A stretch of 64,000 nucleotides of DNA from a virus, in the IMG/VR virus record IMGVR_UViG_3300045988_074841. The stretch is one strand, 5' to 3'. Under the pieces are notes generated by a model. It was given only the letters and a program-made list of their open reading frames with translations. It had not been told where the DNA came from and ran no database searches. The translations under genes were made by a program, and so were the position numbers. Positions 1-12,500 of the stretch are shown one piece after another. How positions within the stretch are numbered: position 1 is the first letter of the stretch; the number at the start of each line of letters is the position of its first letter.

Positions 1-84
1 GTAGAATCTCAAGCAGCAACTGAACCTATTCCTGAAGTAGAAGAGACTACTCCTGAAGTTGAAGAACCTAAAGTTCCTGATTTT

Positions 85-3000
85 ATGGGTAATGCTTCTG
101 ACACTAAAGTCATTAGAGATGTTATTACTGAATTAAAAACTACTCCTGATTTAGATTTAGATGCTAAAGCCAAGAGTATTCTTGATGATTATGTAGCTAA
201 AGGATATAGTGAAACTGAAACTAAAAAACAAATAGATAGTGCTTTTAGACGTATTCGTAAGAGACAAGAAAAACTTATGAATAAAGAAAGTACTGTTGCT
301 TCTGTTTATTTTAGTAGTTTTGACCAAGAAGAACGTAATGCCAAATCTAAAAATGGTAAAGCTGTAGTATTTGATGATTCTTATAAAAAAGCTGTTAGTG
401 ACCTTCTTGATGTATACGCTAAAGATGCTGAACTTCCACAAATTAATGGTAAGTATTATGGTAATCTTATGAACCTTATGGATTATATTAAGTCTGCTTA
501 TGATGATTATTCTATGGCTGACTTTATGTTTAATAGTTTGTCTGCTTATCTTAATACTCCTGAAGGTCAAGCTAAATTTAATATTACTGATGCCAATGAT
601 GTTAGTAATCCTGTTGCTTTCTTAAATAACTTCCATAAATCTCAAGCTGAAAGAGATGCTGCTCTTTCTAATGGAACTGTTCATCAAGTTAATATGAATC
701 TTTCAGATTTTGGAACTGATGAATATATGAAAGAAAGTTATGCTGAACAAGTTAAACTTAAAAATGGCGATAAACTTACTATAGAAAGAGTTACTACAAG
801 TAAAGGTACTAGTCGTTTAGGTATCAAATCTAACGGTAAACTTGTTGGTAGTATATCAATTCCTTCTACAGGAGAAAGAGGAGAATATGTTCAAAAGAAT
901 GATGGACTTATTTATCATATAGATAAAGCTGATGGTTCTAAAGATGGAGCACTTAAACAAGTTCTTAAAGATATAGCTAGAAGTAAAACTCCTGAGCATG
1001 AAAAACTTAATGAAATTATTCATAAAGCTGCTTTTGATAAGTTTAACGCTGAACAGCTAGTTAATGAATTTAAGAGTAATCCTATTGTTCAAGATATGGT
1101 TAAGAATCATATGATTAATTTTGATGGAACTGGTCCTGAATATGAAGTTGCTCTTAATGGTCTTGCTAAACTTTGGAGATATAACTATAAAGTTCTTACC
1201 GAAGGAAGGGTTAATAAGTTTACTGGTGCAGTAGTTGCTAATTCTATTGATAAATGGTTTGATACTCTCCGTGAAAGTTATAATGAAACTAGTAAATTAG
1301 ATAACAATCCAAACATTGATATTGTAGCTAGTGATGTATTTGAAGGTGAGCTTATTCGTAGTAATGATGGTACTTTTAAAAGTGATGCTGAAACTTCTCT
1401 ACCTATTCAATTAGCTATCGCTAAAGATACTAAGTTTGAAATTGCTGCCAAATCTACTACTGGTGAATTTATTAATGGTATTGGAAGTAATAAGTTTCTT
1501 GTTAGTGTTGGTCGAACTTATGTTACTGTTCCTCGTAGTAACGGTACTGTAGATATTGTAAATGCTTATCCAGTGAGTTGGACAGGTGCTACATATTATA
1601 CAAAAGATGACAAACAACAACAAGTTGAGACAGGTAAAGACTTTAAGCAGCTTCAAAATGCTATAATTACTCAAATTAAAGATAGACTTGCTTCTATTAA
1701 TGATGGTGATTTTGCTGAAAATAGAAATAACTTTATTGATTTTATTGATAATCTTCTTAATATCAATAAAAATCCTATTTTCCTTAGTAAAGAACTATCT
1801 GTATTTAGAACTGCAAATATTCTTGGAATTAACTTTGGTAATAAGAATAATCAACTTCTTTTCTATAGAGATAAGAATGGTGATGGTGTAGGTCAAATAA
1901 TTAATAAAGTTGATGGTAAACCTAATTATATTTCTTACAATAGTGATTTATCTGCTGTAAGCGATAGACTTATTGAAGGAATAAAAAGTCTCAATTTCAA
2001 TATTAACTTTGCTGTTTTAAAGTCTGATAATAATCATAATATTCCTCTTCAAGGTATTACTAGTAGAACTACTGACGGTAAGTTTAAAATTACTATTCCT
2101 GAATATAAAGGGAAAAATGGTGTAAATCTTACTTATGATAGTTTTAAAGATTTTATTCAACAAAACAATCTTCTTAGAGTTAATATGGCTCAAGAAAACG
2201 GTAGTAATATTAGAAGAACTGCTATTAATAAACAAGGAGCTAATGCTAGATTTAGTTTTCAAGTAACAAATAAACAAGAAAGCCGCCCCGTAGAAGATGT
2301 TAGTGATAGTTATATTTCTAAAGCTGATGAAATTAAATCCATTGTAACATCTGATTCTACAGATAAAGGTTTTGAAGTTGCTAGTGCTCTTTTATTAGAT
2401 GATACATCTAAAGAGAAACTAAATAGTATTAAAAGTGATAGTTCTTTACGTAAACTTTTAGCTAAAGATATTATCTTTGACGAAGAATTTATGAGTAAAG
2501 AACATGCACAAGCTAATGCTGTTTGGAGCAAAACTAAAGGTGGTAAAGTTGTTATTGGTCAGAAATTCTTAGATATGATTAATAGTAAGAAACCTGGTGA
2601 AAAAGGTAGAGCTATTAGAACTTTGATGCACGAAAATCTTCATGGTTATATTGAAGATATGGCTAATAATAAACGTCATCCTAATGCGGTTGCTAATCTT
2701 AGAAATAGAATGCAAGATATTTATGATGATTTTGCTACTGCTATTAATCAAGATATTAATGATTTAAAAGCAGGAAATATTGATGAGATTAAACAACGTA
2801 GACATATTCAAGATAAAGCTACTCTTGAAAAGATTAGTGAGTGGCTTAATAATGTTAATACTTTTACTGCTGAAAGTTATGCTACTCGTGAGAATCCTCA
2901 AGATGCTCTAGAAGAATTTATTGTTGAATCTCTTACCAATGTTGATTTAATGAATTATCTTAATCAAGTTGACGCTGATGGTGGAGTAGTTAAAGGCAAT

Positions 3001-3447
3001 ACTATTTGGCAGAAAATACTCAAGTTTATTGGTGACTTGTTTGGTATTAATATTCGTCCTAATAGTCTTCGTGCTAAACAAATGGAAGCTCTTGGTGAAA
3101 TATTTAAGAATAATCAAGAAGCTGAAGTTAAAGCTGAAGAAAAAGAAGAAGAAGTTACTCAACCAACAACATCTTCTACGGGGCGTATAGAAGAAGTTGA
3201 AACAGAAACAGTTGCTGATAATACTAATAGTGTTATAGATAATGATGATGTTGGAAATGCTAATGAGGTGTTTGATATTAAGGATGAAGATGTTGATGCT
3301 GATGATGAATATGATGCTGATGAAAGTACTAGTGAAGAAGTAGCTTTCAATTCATTCAACTCAGCAATCGAATCTCTTCCGATGTCGGAACGTGCCAAAT
3401 TTGCCTCTCTCGTTAGCTCTGCTGCGATTTCGATGTCTTGCAAATAG
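85..3447 (+). CDS. Large virion/tail-associated protein with zincin-like HExxH motif (MHENLHG at about nt 2628-2642). The frame is open back to window position 1, so the gene may start upstream.
   Basis: 1120-aa ORF. HExxH read directly from the translation. Acidic D/E-rich C-terminus. It sits immediately upstream of the giant RNAP-like gene, as structural genes do in crAss-like phages. Contains two copies of the dispersed GC-rich motif, read in frame as SRPVEDV and SSTGRIEE. Confidence 0.6.
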   Translation: MGNASDTKVIRDVITELKTTPDLDLDAKAKSILDDYVAKGYSETETKKQIDSAFRRIRKRQEKLMNKESTVASVYFSSFDQEERNAKSKNGKAVVFDDSYKKAVSDLLDVYAKDAELPQINGKYYGNLMNLMDYIKSAYDDYSMADFMFNSLSAYLNTPEGQAKFNITDANDVSNPVAFLNNFHKSQAERDAALSNGTVHQVNMNLSDFGTDEYMKESYAEQVKLKNGDKLTIERVTTSKGTSRLGIKSNGKLVGSISIPSTGERGEYVQKNDGLIYHIDKADGSKDGALKQVLKDIARSKTPEHEKLNEIIHKAAFDKFNAEQLVNEFKSNPIVQDMVKNHMINFDGTGPEYEVALNGLAKLWRYNYKVLTEGRVNKFTGAVVANSIDKWFDTLRESYNETSKLDNNPNIDIVASDVFEGELIRSNDGTFKSDAETSLPIQLAIAKDTKFEIAAKSTTGEFINGIGSNKFLVSVGRTYVTVPRSNGTVDIVNAYPVSWTGATYYTKDDKQQQVETGKDFKQLQNAIITQIKDRLASINDGDFAENRNNFIDFIDNLLNINKNPIFLSKELSVFRTANILGINFGNKNNQLLFYRDKNGDGVGQIINKVDGKPNYISYNSDLSAVSDRLIEGIKSLNFNINFAVLKSDNNHNIPLQGITSRTTDGKFKITIPEYKGKNGVNLTYDSFKDFIQQNNLLRVNMAQENGSNIRRTAINKQGANARFSFQVTNKQESRPVEDVSDSYISKADEIKSIVTSDSTDKGFEVASALLLDDTSKEKLNSIKSDSSLRKLLAKDIIFDEEFMSKEHAQANAVWSKTKGGKVVIGQKFLDMINSKKPGEKGRAIRTLMHENLHGYIEDMANNKRHPNAVANLRNRMQDIYDDFATAINQDINDLKAGNIDEIKQRRHIQDKATLEKISEWLNNVNTFTAESYATRENPQDALEEFIVESLTNVDLMNYLNQVDADGGVVKGNTIWQKILKFIGDLFGINIRPNSLRAKQMEALGEIFKNNQEAEVKAEEKEEEVTQPTTSSTGRIEEVETETVADNTNSVIDNDDVGNANEVFDIKDEDVDADDEYDADESTSEEVAFNSFNSAIESLPMSERAKFASLVSSAAISMSCK
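2283..2297 (-). repeat. Dispersed GC-rich motif copy (ccgccccgtagaaga) inside the 1120-aa gene
   Basis: Read in frame as SRPVEDV. Confidence 0.8.
3172..3185 (+). repeat. Motif copy inside the 1120-aa gene. Flanking 7-nt inverted repeat tcttcta/tagaaga.
   Basis: Read in frame as SSTGRIEE. Confidence 0.8.
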
Positions 3448-3471
3448 ATTATTCATAGAATATATTTCAGG

Positions 3472-3512
3472 GTTCTAGAGGAGAATTTAAAATCCTCTAG
3501 AACTTTAATTTT
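3472..3512 (+). terminator. Rho-independent terminator: 11-bp stem gttctagagga/tcctctagaac, loop gaatttaaaa, then a T-rich run
   Basis: Perfect inverted repeat 3472-3482 / 3493-3503 followed by tttaattttt, 25 nt after the 1120-aa ORF stop. Confidence 0.6.
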
Positions 3513-3539
3513 TAAATAACTAATTTAATTAATAAAGTT

Positions 3540-6500
3540 ATGGCTTGTAATTTTAAAACAACAAGTGCTGGCACAAGCATTAAACGTAAGGTTGGAGCAA
3601 ATAATGCTCGTTTTGTAGCGTTAATTAGTCTTATTAGTAATCCTGAAACTGGAGGTTTTACTGATGAGTTTGTTAAGTATTATCAGAAAGTAAATCATAC
3701 TGATAATATTCCTAGTGTTGATAATTCCGAAAGAGGAGTTATCGCTAAAACTGCTATCCGTTATTATAATAGTATTCACTTTGATGTTAATGCTCAAAGT
3801 ACAGGTACTTATTATGATAAGGATGTAGATGCTTTCGGTTATAGTGATAGTCATGCAAAGGTATATGCTATTACTAGAGCAATTCCTAATATTATGCGTA
3901 GTATGTATGTTAGTGATATTAGAAGTGGAGAAATTGTTGACAAGGATTCAATTCTTGGCGATTTAATTAAACGTACAAAAGTTAGGATAACTAAGGATGT
4001 TGCTGCTAATTATCTTAAAGCTATTGGTAAACCTGCAACTAATGTTGAAGTTAATAAGATAGCTGATGCTCTTCTTAATAATAATGAAACTTATTATAAG
4101 AAAGATGAACTTATACTTGCTATAACTAAAGCTTTTGACAAGAATGGTGATGTTCAAGTTCAAAATACTTTTGCTATTTATAAAGATATATTTAAAGATA
4201 CTACTGGTAAAGATTTCTTTAATAGAGTTATTATTGCTGACCCTATTATTGGTAATCTAAAATATAGCGATGAAACTGAATCTAGTCTTGCTGAAGCTTA
4301 TGCTGAAGATTTTGATTCAGTAGATGATTCTTCTTATAATAATAACGAAGATGAAGATGTACTTACTGTAGGTGATAGACAAGATAATACTTGGAATGAT
4401 CATAGTGGTCTTGGTTCTAGTTATATGAAAGGTTTTGACCTTGATATTCGTCTTAGTCTTTCTATGATACCTAAACTTACTAGTAATACTGTTGATACTA
4501 AGACTTTAAAGTCTGGTAAAGTAAAGGATGTTTACGATTATGATAAAAACAATCCTACTGGTAATGTAGATTATATTGACGTAAAAGATATTATTAGTAC
4601 TCTTAGTGCTAAGAAAGATGTTTCTAATCTTAATACTTTTATTGATAGTGTAAAAGAAGCTAGTAATATTCCTGGTATGGAAGGTCTTATTAAACTTTAT
4701 AAAGACCTTACTTCTGATTTAGATTATGCTGCTCGTCTTTATACTCAATTCAAAACTGTAATTAACAAATATGAAACTCGTATTGCTGATGAGAATACAG
4801 CTATGAATAAGAGTAATAAGAATAGTAATGCTCAGCAAGTTCATGCTCTTAGTTTCCTTAATGATGCTAAGTTTACTCATATAAATACTGATTCTGATAT
4901 TACCAATAAACTTGCTAATGAAGTAGATGAAACTATTGTAGAATATACTCAAGCTCTTGCTGCTGGCGATGAGTTTGCTTTAGACCAAGCTAAACTTTAT
5001 AATACTATTGTTGATAGAATTGCTTCTCGCATTAAAGATTATTATCCTAGTGCAGATAAAGCTTCTATTGATAATTATGTTCGTCTTGCTAATAATGGTG
5101 AAGTTGCTACCAATATGCGTTATCTTACTGATAGTCTCAGAAAGATAGCTAAAGCTTCTGATGCTACTACTTCTCAGTATACTGAAAATCGTGATGCTAT
5201 TAGCGGTATTAACAAAGAAATTAGGAAACTTCAAACTAAAATTGACGCTCTCAACGAAGCTGGGGAACATAAAGGTATAGATAAAATCAATGAAGAAATA
5301 GATAAACTTGTTAGTCAAAGAGATAATATTCGATTTAGTGATTATCGTTCTCAAGATAGTATTACTCAGAGTATTGCTTTATCTGATAAACTTTATCCTT
5401 ATTCTTCTGTTAAAGTTGAACTTAATTCTCGTAATGGTTTGGGTAATCTTCAATCTGATATTATCAATAGTTCCATGATTACTTATCTTCTTAAAGTACT
5501 CAATAGTCCTAAGACTACTACTGATGAATTAGGTAATACCGCTCCTGAGTCTCTTGTTAACTTTGCTAAGTTTAAGTTTAAGAACAATCAATATAATCTT
5601 AGTAATATTCTTATTGAGACTAGAGAAAATGGTAAGATTGTAAATTATGGTCTCTTTTATTATGATGCTGACAAACAGAAATATGGTGTTACTAATTATG
5701 CTTCTGGTTTACTTAACGTTGCATTATTTAATGGAGCTGTAAAAACTGATGAAGGTACAGGTATTACTTATGCTCAAATGAGTAAAGGCGATTATGTTTA
5801 TACTGCTTTTGCTAATTATTTTAATAGCGATAAAAATATTGATGCTGATAGAGTAACTAATAGCATTCCTCTTGCTAATTACTTTATGAGAACTCCTTCT
5901 GATGCTCCTAAAACATTTGTAGTTCGTGCTCCACGTTATCATATAACTAAGAGTAATCCAATTAGAACTGTAACAAATGCTGCTGATGTAGATAATTATA
6001 TTAAGAATTATGTTGCAGAGCATATTGCTAGTATGTCTGAAGCTGCATTTAATCAAGCTAATCCTAGAGCTAAATTTATTCAACTTGAAGATAATCGTAG
6101 TGATCGTGCTCAAATTACTAGAGATTTAACTGATAATAATATTACTCGTTCTGTATATGAGAATGAGATTATTCGTAATGATGGTAAAACTGCAACTATT
6201 GGTTATCAATTTACTGATGAAGAAGGTAATGTAAATAAATATATTATTACCGGTTCTATTCGCCACGTAAAAGGTATGAATAAATTTGTTATTGAGAATG
6301 GTAAAGCTACTATTCTTGATAATAATGAAATGAGAGATAATCTTCGTCCTATGATATATGATAAGTATCGTAAACAAGCTTATCGTAACGGTAGAATTGG
6401 TGATGTTCAAGTTGATTATAAAGTTAATAGAGAACATCCTATTTATAAACAATTTAGAAAGATATTTAATCAAGAGTTGACTAATATGGCTGAGGCTATT

Positions 6501-9500
6501 AATATGATATTCTTGACTGGCGATGATGGTGTTATTCAGCGTGAAGCTGATGGTAAACCTAAGTTTAATCCTAATAATGCTTTTGGATTAGATAAAGAAT
6601 CTGCTCGTAGACTTTATGCTAATTATCAAACTAAAAAAGATAAATATCTTGATTCTAATTATGGTTTAGTTGGAAATATGTTCCATAGTGATAAGTTCAC
6701 TATTACTGATTATAAGACTGGTAAAATTCGTAATTATGGTCAAGAACTTCTTGATGATTATTTTGATAGTCTGTATAATGGTAGTAAAGGTGGCTTTATT
6801 CATTTTGGTTATGAGAATGGTAAGATTAAACTTAATCATACTAAAGACCAAGCTAAAGCTATTGATAACAAAATAGCAGAATTTATTAGTGATTATATTT
6901 ATAGTTCTGCTATACGTATGGATGAATTTAAAAATCTTGATGTAGCTGGACTTATTAATGATGATAATGTTGCTGACTTTGCTCTTAATTATCGTCTTGC
7001 TTATAATTATTTTGATGATTTATTTGAAGGTGATGATAAGTTTTATAAGTCTTCTCAAGACTTCTTGAAACGTGCTAAGGAAGGTCAAGCTAGTGGTACT
7101 CCTTATAGTACTTTCAATATTTATCAAGATGAGAATATGATGTTGACAGACTTAAAGAAGATGAGTTATCTTAATAGTCAAGCTATTCAAGATAAACTTA
7201 ATAGTCTTGGTCTTCATGTTACTCAACGTCCTGGTTTTGTTGGTATTACTATTAAGAATACTGTAAGAACTTCTCATGAAGCTTCTCAAAATGGTCCTGT
7301 TGTTCATGAACTTGCTCGTGTTTATATGAAACATGACCCTGAACTTACAGAAGATGAAGCTATTGCTAAAGCAAATAAGCATATGGAAGGTTATCAAAAT
7401 ACTACTGTAAACGATGCTCAATCTTATATTACTTTTGAAGAATGGATTCGTCGTGTTGCAGGTAGAGGTCAACTTAATAAATATATGCCTCTTATTGAGC
7501 GTATTATGGATAGAAGTAAACCTCTTAGAGTAGATGATATTAAAACTTTTGTTCAAGTACAAAAGAACTTCTATTATGATATGACTTATAATGATAAGAT
7601 TAATACTTATGCTCCTCGTCAAATTAAAAATGCTGAACTTGTTCTTGTACCTAGATTTATTGAAGGTACTGACCTTGAGAAAGTATACAATCTTATGAAA
7701 GACCATGGTATTGACCAACTTAATACAGAAGAGACTTCTAAAGCTGGTAAAGCTGGAGTTCTTACTTTATTTGATGAAGAAACTGGTGAAGTTACTGATA
7801 CTCATATTCAAGATTTTAATAACCATGTAGAAGATTATAAAGAGACTTATTCTTATAATTTCCTTTATACTCAGCAAGAAACTCCTCAACACATGAATGC
7901 AGAAAATAAAGCTGCTATTCAAATTATGAAGAAGATTGTTGATAATATTCCTGATACTGGAACTATTGGAGAAGTTAAGAAAGAGTTTTTTAAACTTTAT
8001 GTTGCTAATATTAAAGATAGTTTCAATAGTCTTGTTAAGGAACTTAATATTCCTACAAATGAAGATGGTTCTATTAAACTCGATGCTAATGGAAATATTG
8101 AAGGACTTGATATGAAACTGTTCTTCAATAAGCTTCGTAAAGAATGTCTTCGTCAAGGTCTTGATAGTAATATTCTAGAGTTCTTTACTCTTAATGAAGA
8201 TAGTCCTTATACTGAACTTGGAAGAGCTAATACTGTTATGCCTACATATATGACTAATATGATGAGTAAAGCTCAGAATGTTTGTCAGTCTATGTTTAAT
8301 AATGCTATTACTCGTCAAAAGTTGCCTGGTTTTCATGCTGCTCAGGTAACTAATGTAGGTTATTCAAAGCATCTTCGTTATCATCCTGATGGTGGACGTT
8401 ACATTGAAGTTCTTCTTCCTAAGAGCAACTTTGGTTTTGCTAAAAATGAAGATGGTACTTATAAAGAACCTGATGAAATTAGAGACAAAGATGGAAATCT
8501 TGTAGGTGGACTTCTTTATCAACTTCAAAGAGCTAAACTTGATACAATTATTGGTTATCGTATTCCTACTGAAGGTAAGCAATCTATATGTGCTATGAAA
8601 GTAGTTGGATTTACAGATGATGCTCAAGGTTCAACTATAGTTGTTCCTGATGATTGGGTTGCTCAAACTGGTTCTGACTTTGATATTGATTCTGTATATG
8701 GTATTCAACATAATACATATATAGATAAAGATGGAGATATTCAAAAAGTTGCTTATAAAGAATCATTTGGTAAATTATATGACGATTATGTAAAAGAACA
8801 ACTTAATGATGAAGCTAAAGATAAACTAGAAGAAGCTGTTAAAAATGGAGTTAACGAATCTACTGCTTTAGCTAATGCTGCACAAGAGGGTGGACTTCTT
8901 AGTCGTGAAGAATTTAGTAAAGCTAATAGTATTGAAGAAAAGAATAGTCGTCAAGCTCGTAACAATCGTATACTTGATGATATGCTTCGTATTCTTCAAT
9001 CTGATGAAGCTTTTGAAGAGAATACTGGTCAATCTCAATTTGAAGATATTATCAATGCACGTGATAATATTATGAATGATGTAGTTAAGAGTGTTCGTAA
9101 TGGTCGTAGTTGTTATGATTTTATTGACCAAGCTGAATATCAAGAAGATGTTATGAGTGGTGCTAAACTTAAAGCATTTAGTGTTACTCGTGATACCTTT
9201 GTTTCTATTTGCAACAAAGTTCAACCAACTATTGATAAAAATTATGCTATTAGTGCTAGATATAAAGCTACTCCAAAACAAGCTGAGGTTTTAGCTAAAC
9301 GTTTTGGAGAAGATAATGTTATTTACAAAGATGGTTATGTTACAATTAGTCATACTATGATTGGTTGGTCACACGATAATCATAATGTAGATGATGCTAT
9401 TCTTACTGCTTATAGTTCTGAGACTACAGCTCATATTCTTGATGCTGTAAAAAAAGGTGCTGTACCTAATGTAAATGAGTTTACTTTTGCAGTATATAAA

Positions 9501-12500
9501 ACTTTCCCTGATGTAGGTAGTAATTATAAGACTGGTGTTGCATTTATGATGCACCCTGCTGTAACTCGTATAGTTAATGCTTATAATAAAGGTAAATCTG
9601 TTTATAGTGAAGATTCTGCTCAACCTATAGTTGATGCTCTTAAAGAAGTAGCTGAAGAACTCGATGTTGATAGTAGTTCTTTATATTCAGGTAAAATGGT
9701 AGTTGAAGCTATTAATGATAAACTTGGTACAAATTATAGTTTTATTAAAAACAACAATATTGTTCTTGATGAAGAGCAATTAGCTAGTGATGTAAAGAAT
9801 GCAAACAATGTTTCTCTTGCTCGTGAAGTAGAGATTCTTATGGCTTACAATGATATTAATCGTTTAGCTGATGTAATTCAGAAAACTGTAAGAGTTTGTA
9901 ATCCTGATAAGTTTGGAGCTAAACAAACTATATTTGCTACTAATGAAGTATTTGAAACTATTAAAGATATAATTAATAGTAAACAAGCTAAAGTACTTAG
10001 TAAGAATGATATTCCTTTCCTTGAAAGTATTTATCCTGGACTTATTAAAGATGGTGTTGTAGATAAAGATAATTATGTAAAAGATACTCATGAATCTGCT
10101 TATCCTTCTCTTAATGCTTTCTTAAAGTATGCTTCAGTTACTAGTACTGTAGTTAATAGCATGCTTTTTGAAACTCAAAATTCTGCTTTTGTAACTACTA
10201 TTAAAGCTCTTAGTAAAATGCTTCCTACTCCTCGTAAACTTACTGAGAAAGAATATAATGATTATGAGAAGTATGTTATTGGTGCTGCTTATAATAATGC
10301 TGACGGAATTAGATTAGGTTATACTATCAACTCTTCTACGGGGCGTCTTGAATCAACTAAAACAAGTGATTTACAAGAGCGTCTTCGTATTTATGGATTT
10401 AGTGGTAGTCCAGTATTTCATTTTGATGTTGAAGATATTACTGAACCAACTCAAGATGAAATTGATGCTTGGTCTAAACTTACTCCTGCTCAAAAAGTTG
10501 CTTGGTTACAAAGTAAAGCAGAAGATGGTGGTATATTTAGTAAACTTAAAGTTGACCTTCAAGATAATTATCGTGTTGGTAATAAAGAATGTGCTGCTCA
10601 ATCTATTCGTTTTAATGATGATAATGTAGATACTGAAACTGCTTACAATCTTTTTGAAACTGCTACTAAGAGTCAGAATCCTCTTGTTAAACTTGCAGCT
10701 ATAGACCTTATTAAATATGCGTTTGTAGTTGAAGGTTTCAAGATGCGTCGTAATGGTATTAATAAGATTATTAAGAATAGTACTCTTCGTGATGATACTT
10801 TGTTTGCTAATCAAGATGGAGAACCTACTAGTCTTCTTAGTCAAATTGATGCTAATTTTAAGCATATTACTTATGATGATTATCGTGATGATTATTTAAG
10901 AAGTCATTCTGATAATGGTATGGTTCCAAAAAGAACTGTAAAGAAGAAAAGAGTAGGTAAAATTTGGGTTAATGAACTTAGTGCTCCTGATGGAGTTATA
11001 ACTCTTAATGTTCCTTCTCGTAGAAATGATATTACAGAAGCAGATATTAATGATGAATTTGCTGCTACTAAAACTATTGCAGAAGAGACGGAAATCCGCC
11101 CCGTAGAAGATGTAGTAGATAATAAACTTCAAGTTGTTCAAGATAATACTACTGCTCCAGATGATACTAAACTTGCTGTTAAGTATGGTATTTATAATGC
11201 TTGGACTGATAGAGTTAATCCTTATGTAAAACTTACTTTTAAGAATCGTGGTGTTAATACTACGAATCTTTATAAGACTGTTCGTCATGGTGATATAATA
11301 TTTGCTTATCCTGTTAGTATGCTTGAGGAAAACGAACATGGTATTGTTTCTGTTAATCAAGCTAATAATACTCTTTATAGTGAGATGTATTATAGAACTA
11401 TTATTGATAATAAACTTCAAGGTAATCAACTTACTAAAGAAGAAGCAGATAAACTTCGTAAAGAATACGCCAATGAACGAGCTATTTCTTCTAAAAGTAG
11501 AGTTAATACTGGTTTTGATATTAATAAAGATAGAACTACTGGCGATATAGGTGGTGCTCGTGATGCTTATAGTAAAATTATTAATCTTATTAAGAATGAT
11601 GCTAAAGGTATTCAAATTATAAACAATAGGTATCTTTATAATCGTGTTAGTGAAGGATTTGGTAATTTCCAAATTATTCATGATGTAATTGATGGTAATG
11701 AAGTTACTAAGAAAATTGCTTTTGCTAAAGAAACAAAAGTAATATTTGATTCTGAAGGTAAAGTAATTCCTTATCCTGTTAAAGTTATTCAGATTATTCC
11801 TTCTACTAATGATAAAGAAAGTACATCTGTTGAATATAATTTTGACATGTTTACTGATATTAATCGTAGAGCACATGAAGGTGATGTCAATGCTTATCGT
11901 GAAGTTCAGTTTATGAATAATAATGGTTTTGAGAATGTTAGTACTGATTATACAAATATGTCTCCTAAACTTTATGAAGCTATTGATAGATTCACTAGTG
12001 CTACAGCTAAGAAACTTATCAGTGATGCTGACCAATTCTATAAAAAAGAAGATGGAACTTATGCTTCTATATTTGCTCCTGAAACTATAGAAATGATTCG
12101 TAATAATCCTAGTGAGCAAAGACGTTTTCAAAAGTTACTTCTTGATACAGATAGTATTATTAATAAATATGGTACTATATTTGATGTTGTAGTTGACGAA
12201 AATGAGAATCCTGAAGTAATTGATTTTATTAATCATATTAAGAAAACTATTGGAGATTTACGTAACAAACTTAATCTTAGTACTCTTAATGAAAGATTTG
12301 CTAGAGAAGTTGTTGCTAAATGGTCTAATGACCCTAATATTCAAAATGGTTTAGTTGATATTTGTAATGGTTATCATGCTGTTACTTGGTGTGATGCTTG
12401 GATTGGAGATTTACAAGATACTGGTAATAGTCTTATTCAAAATATTAGCAAACATATAGTTGATGATATTAGTGCTAAAGATATGCAAGCTGCTAAAGAT

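Noticed and set aside
3172-3194. Hairpin tcttcta-cggggcgta-tagaaga around the motif copy at 3172 as a terminator
   Set aside because: It lies in the middle of the coding region of the 1120-aa gene with no T-tract. The 7-bp stem is probably an incidental extension of the motif.
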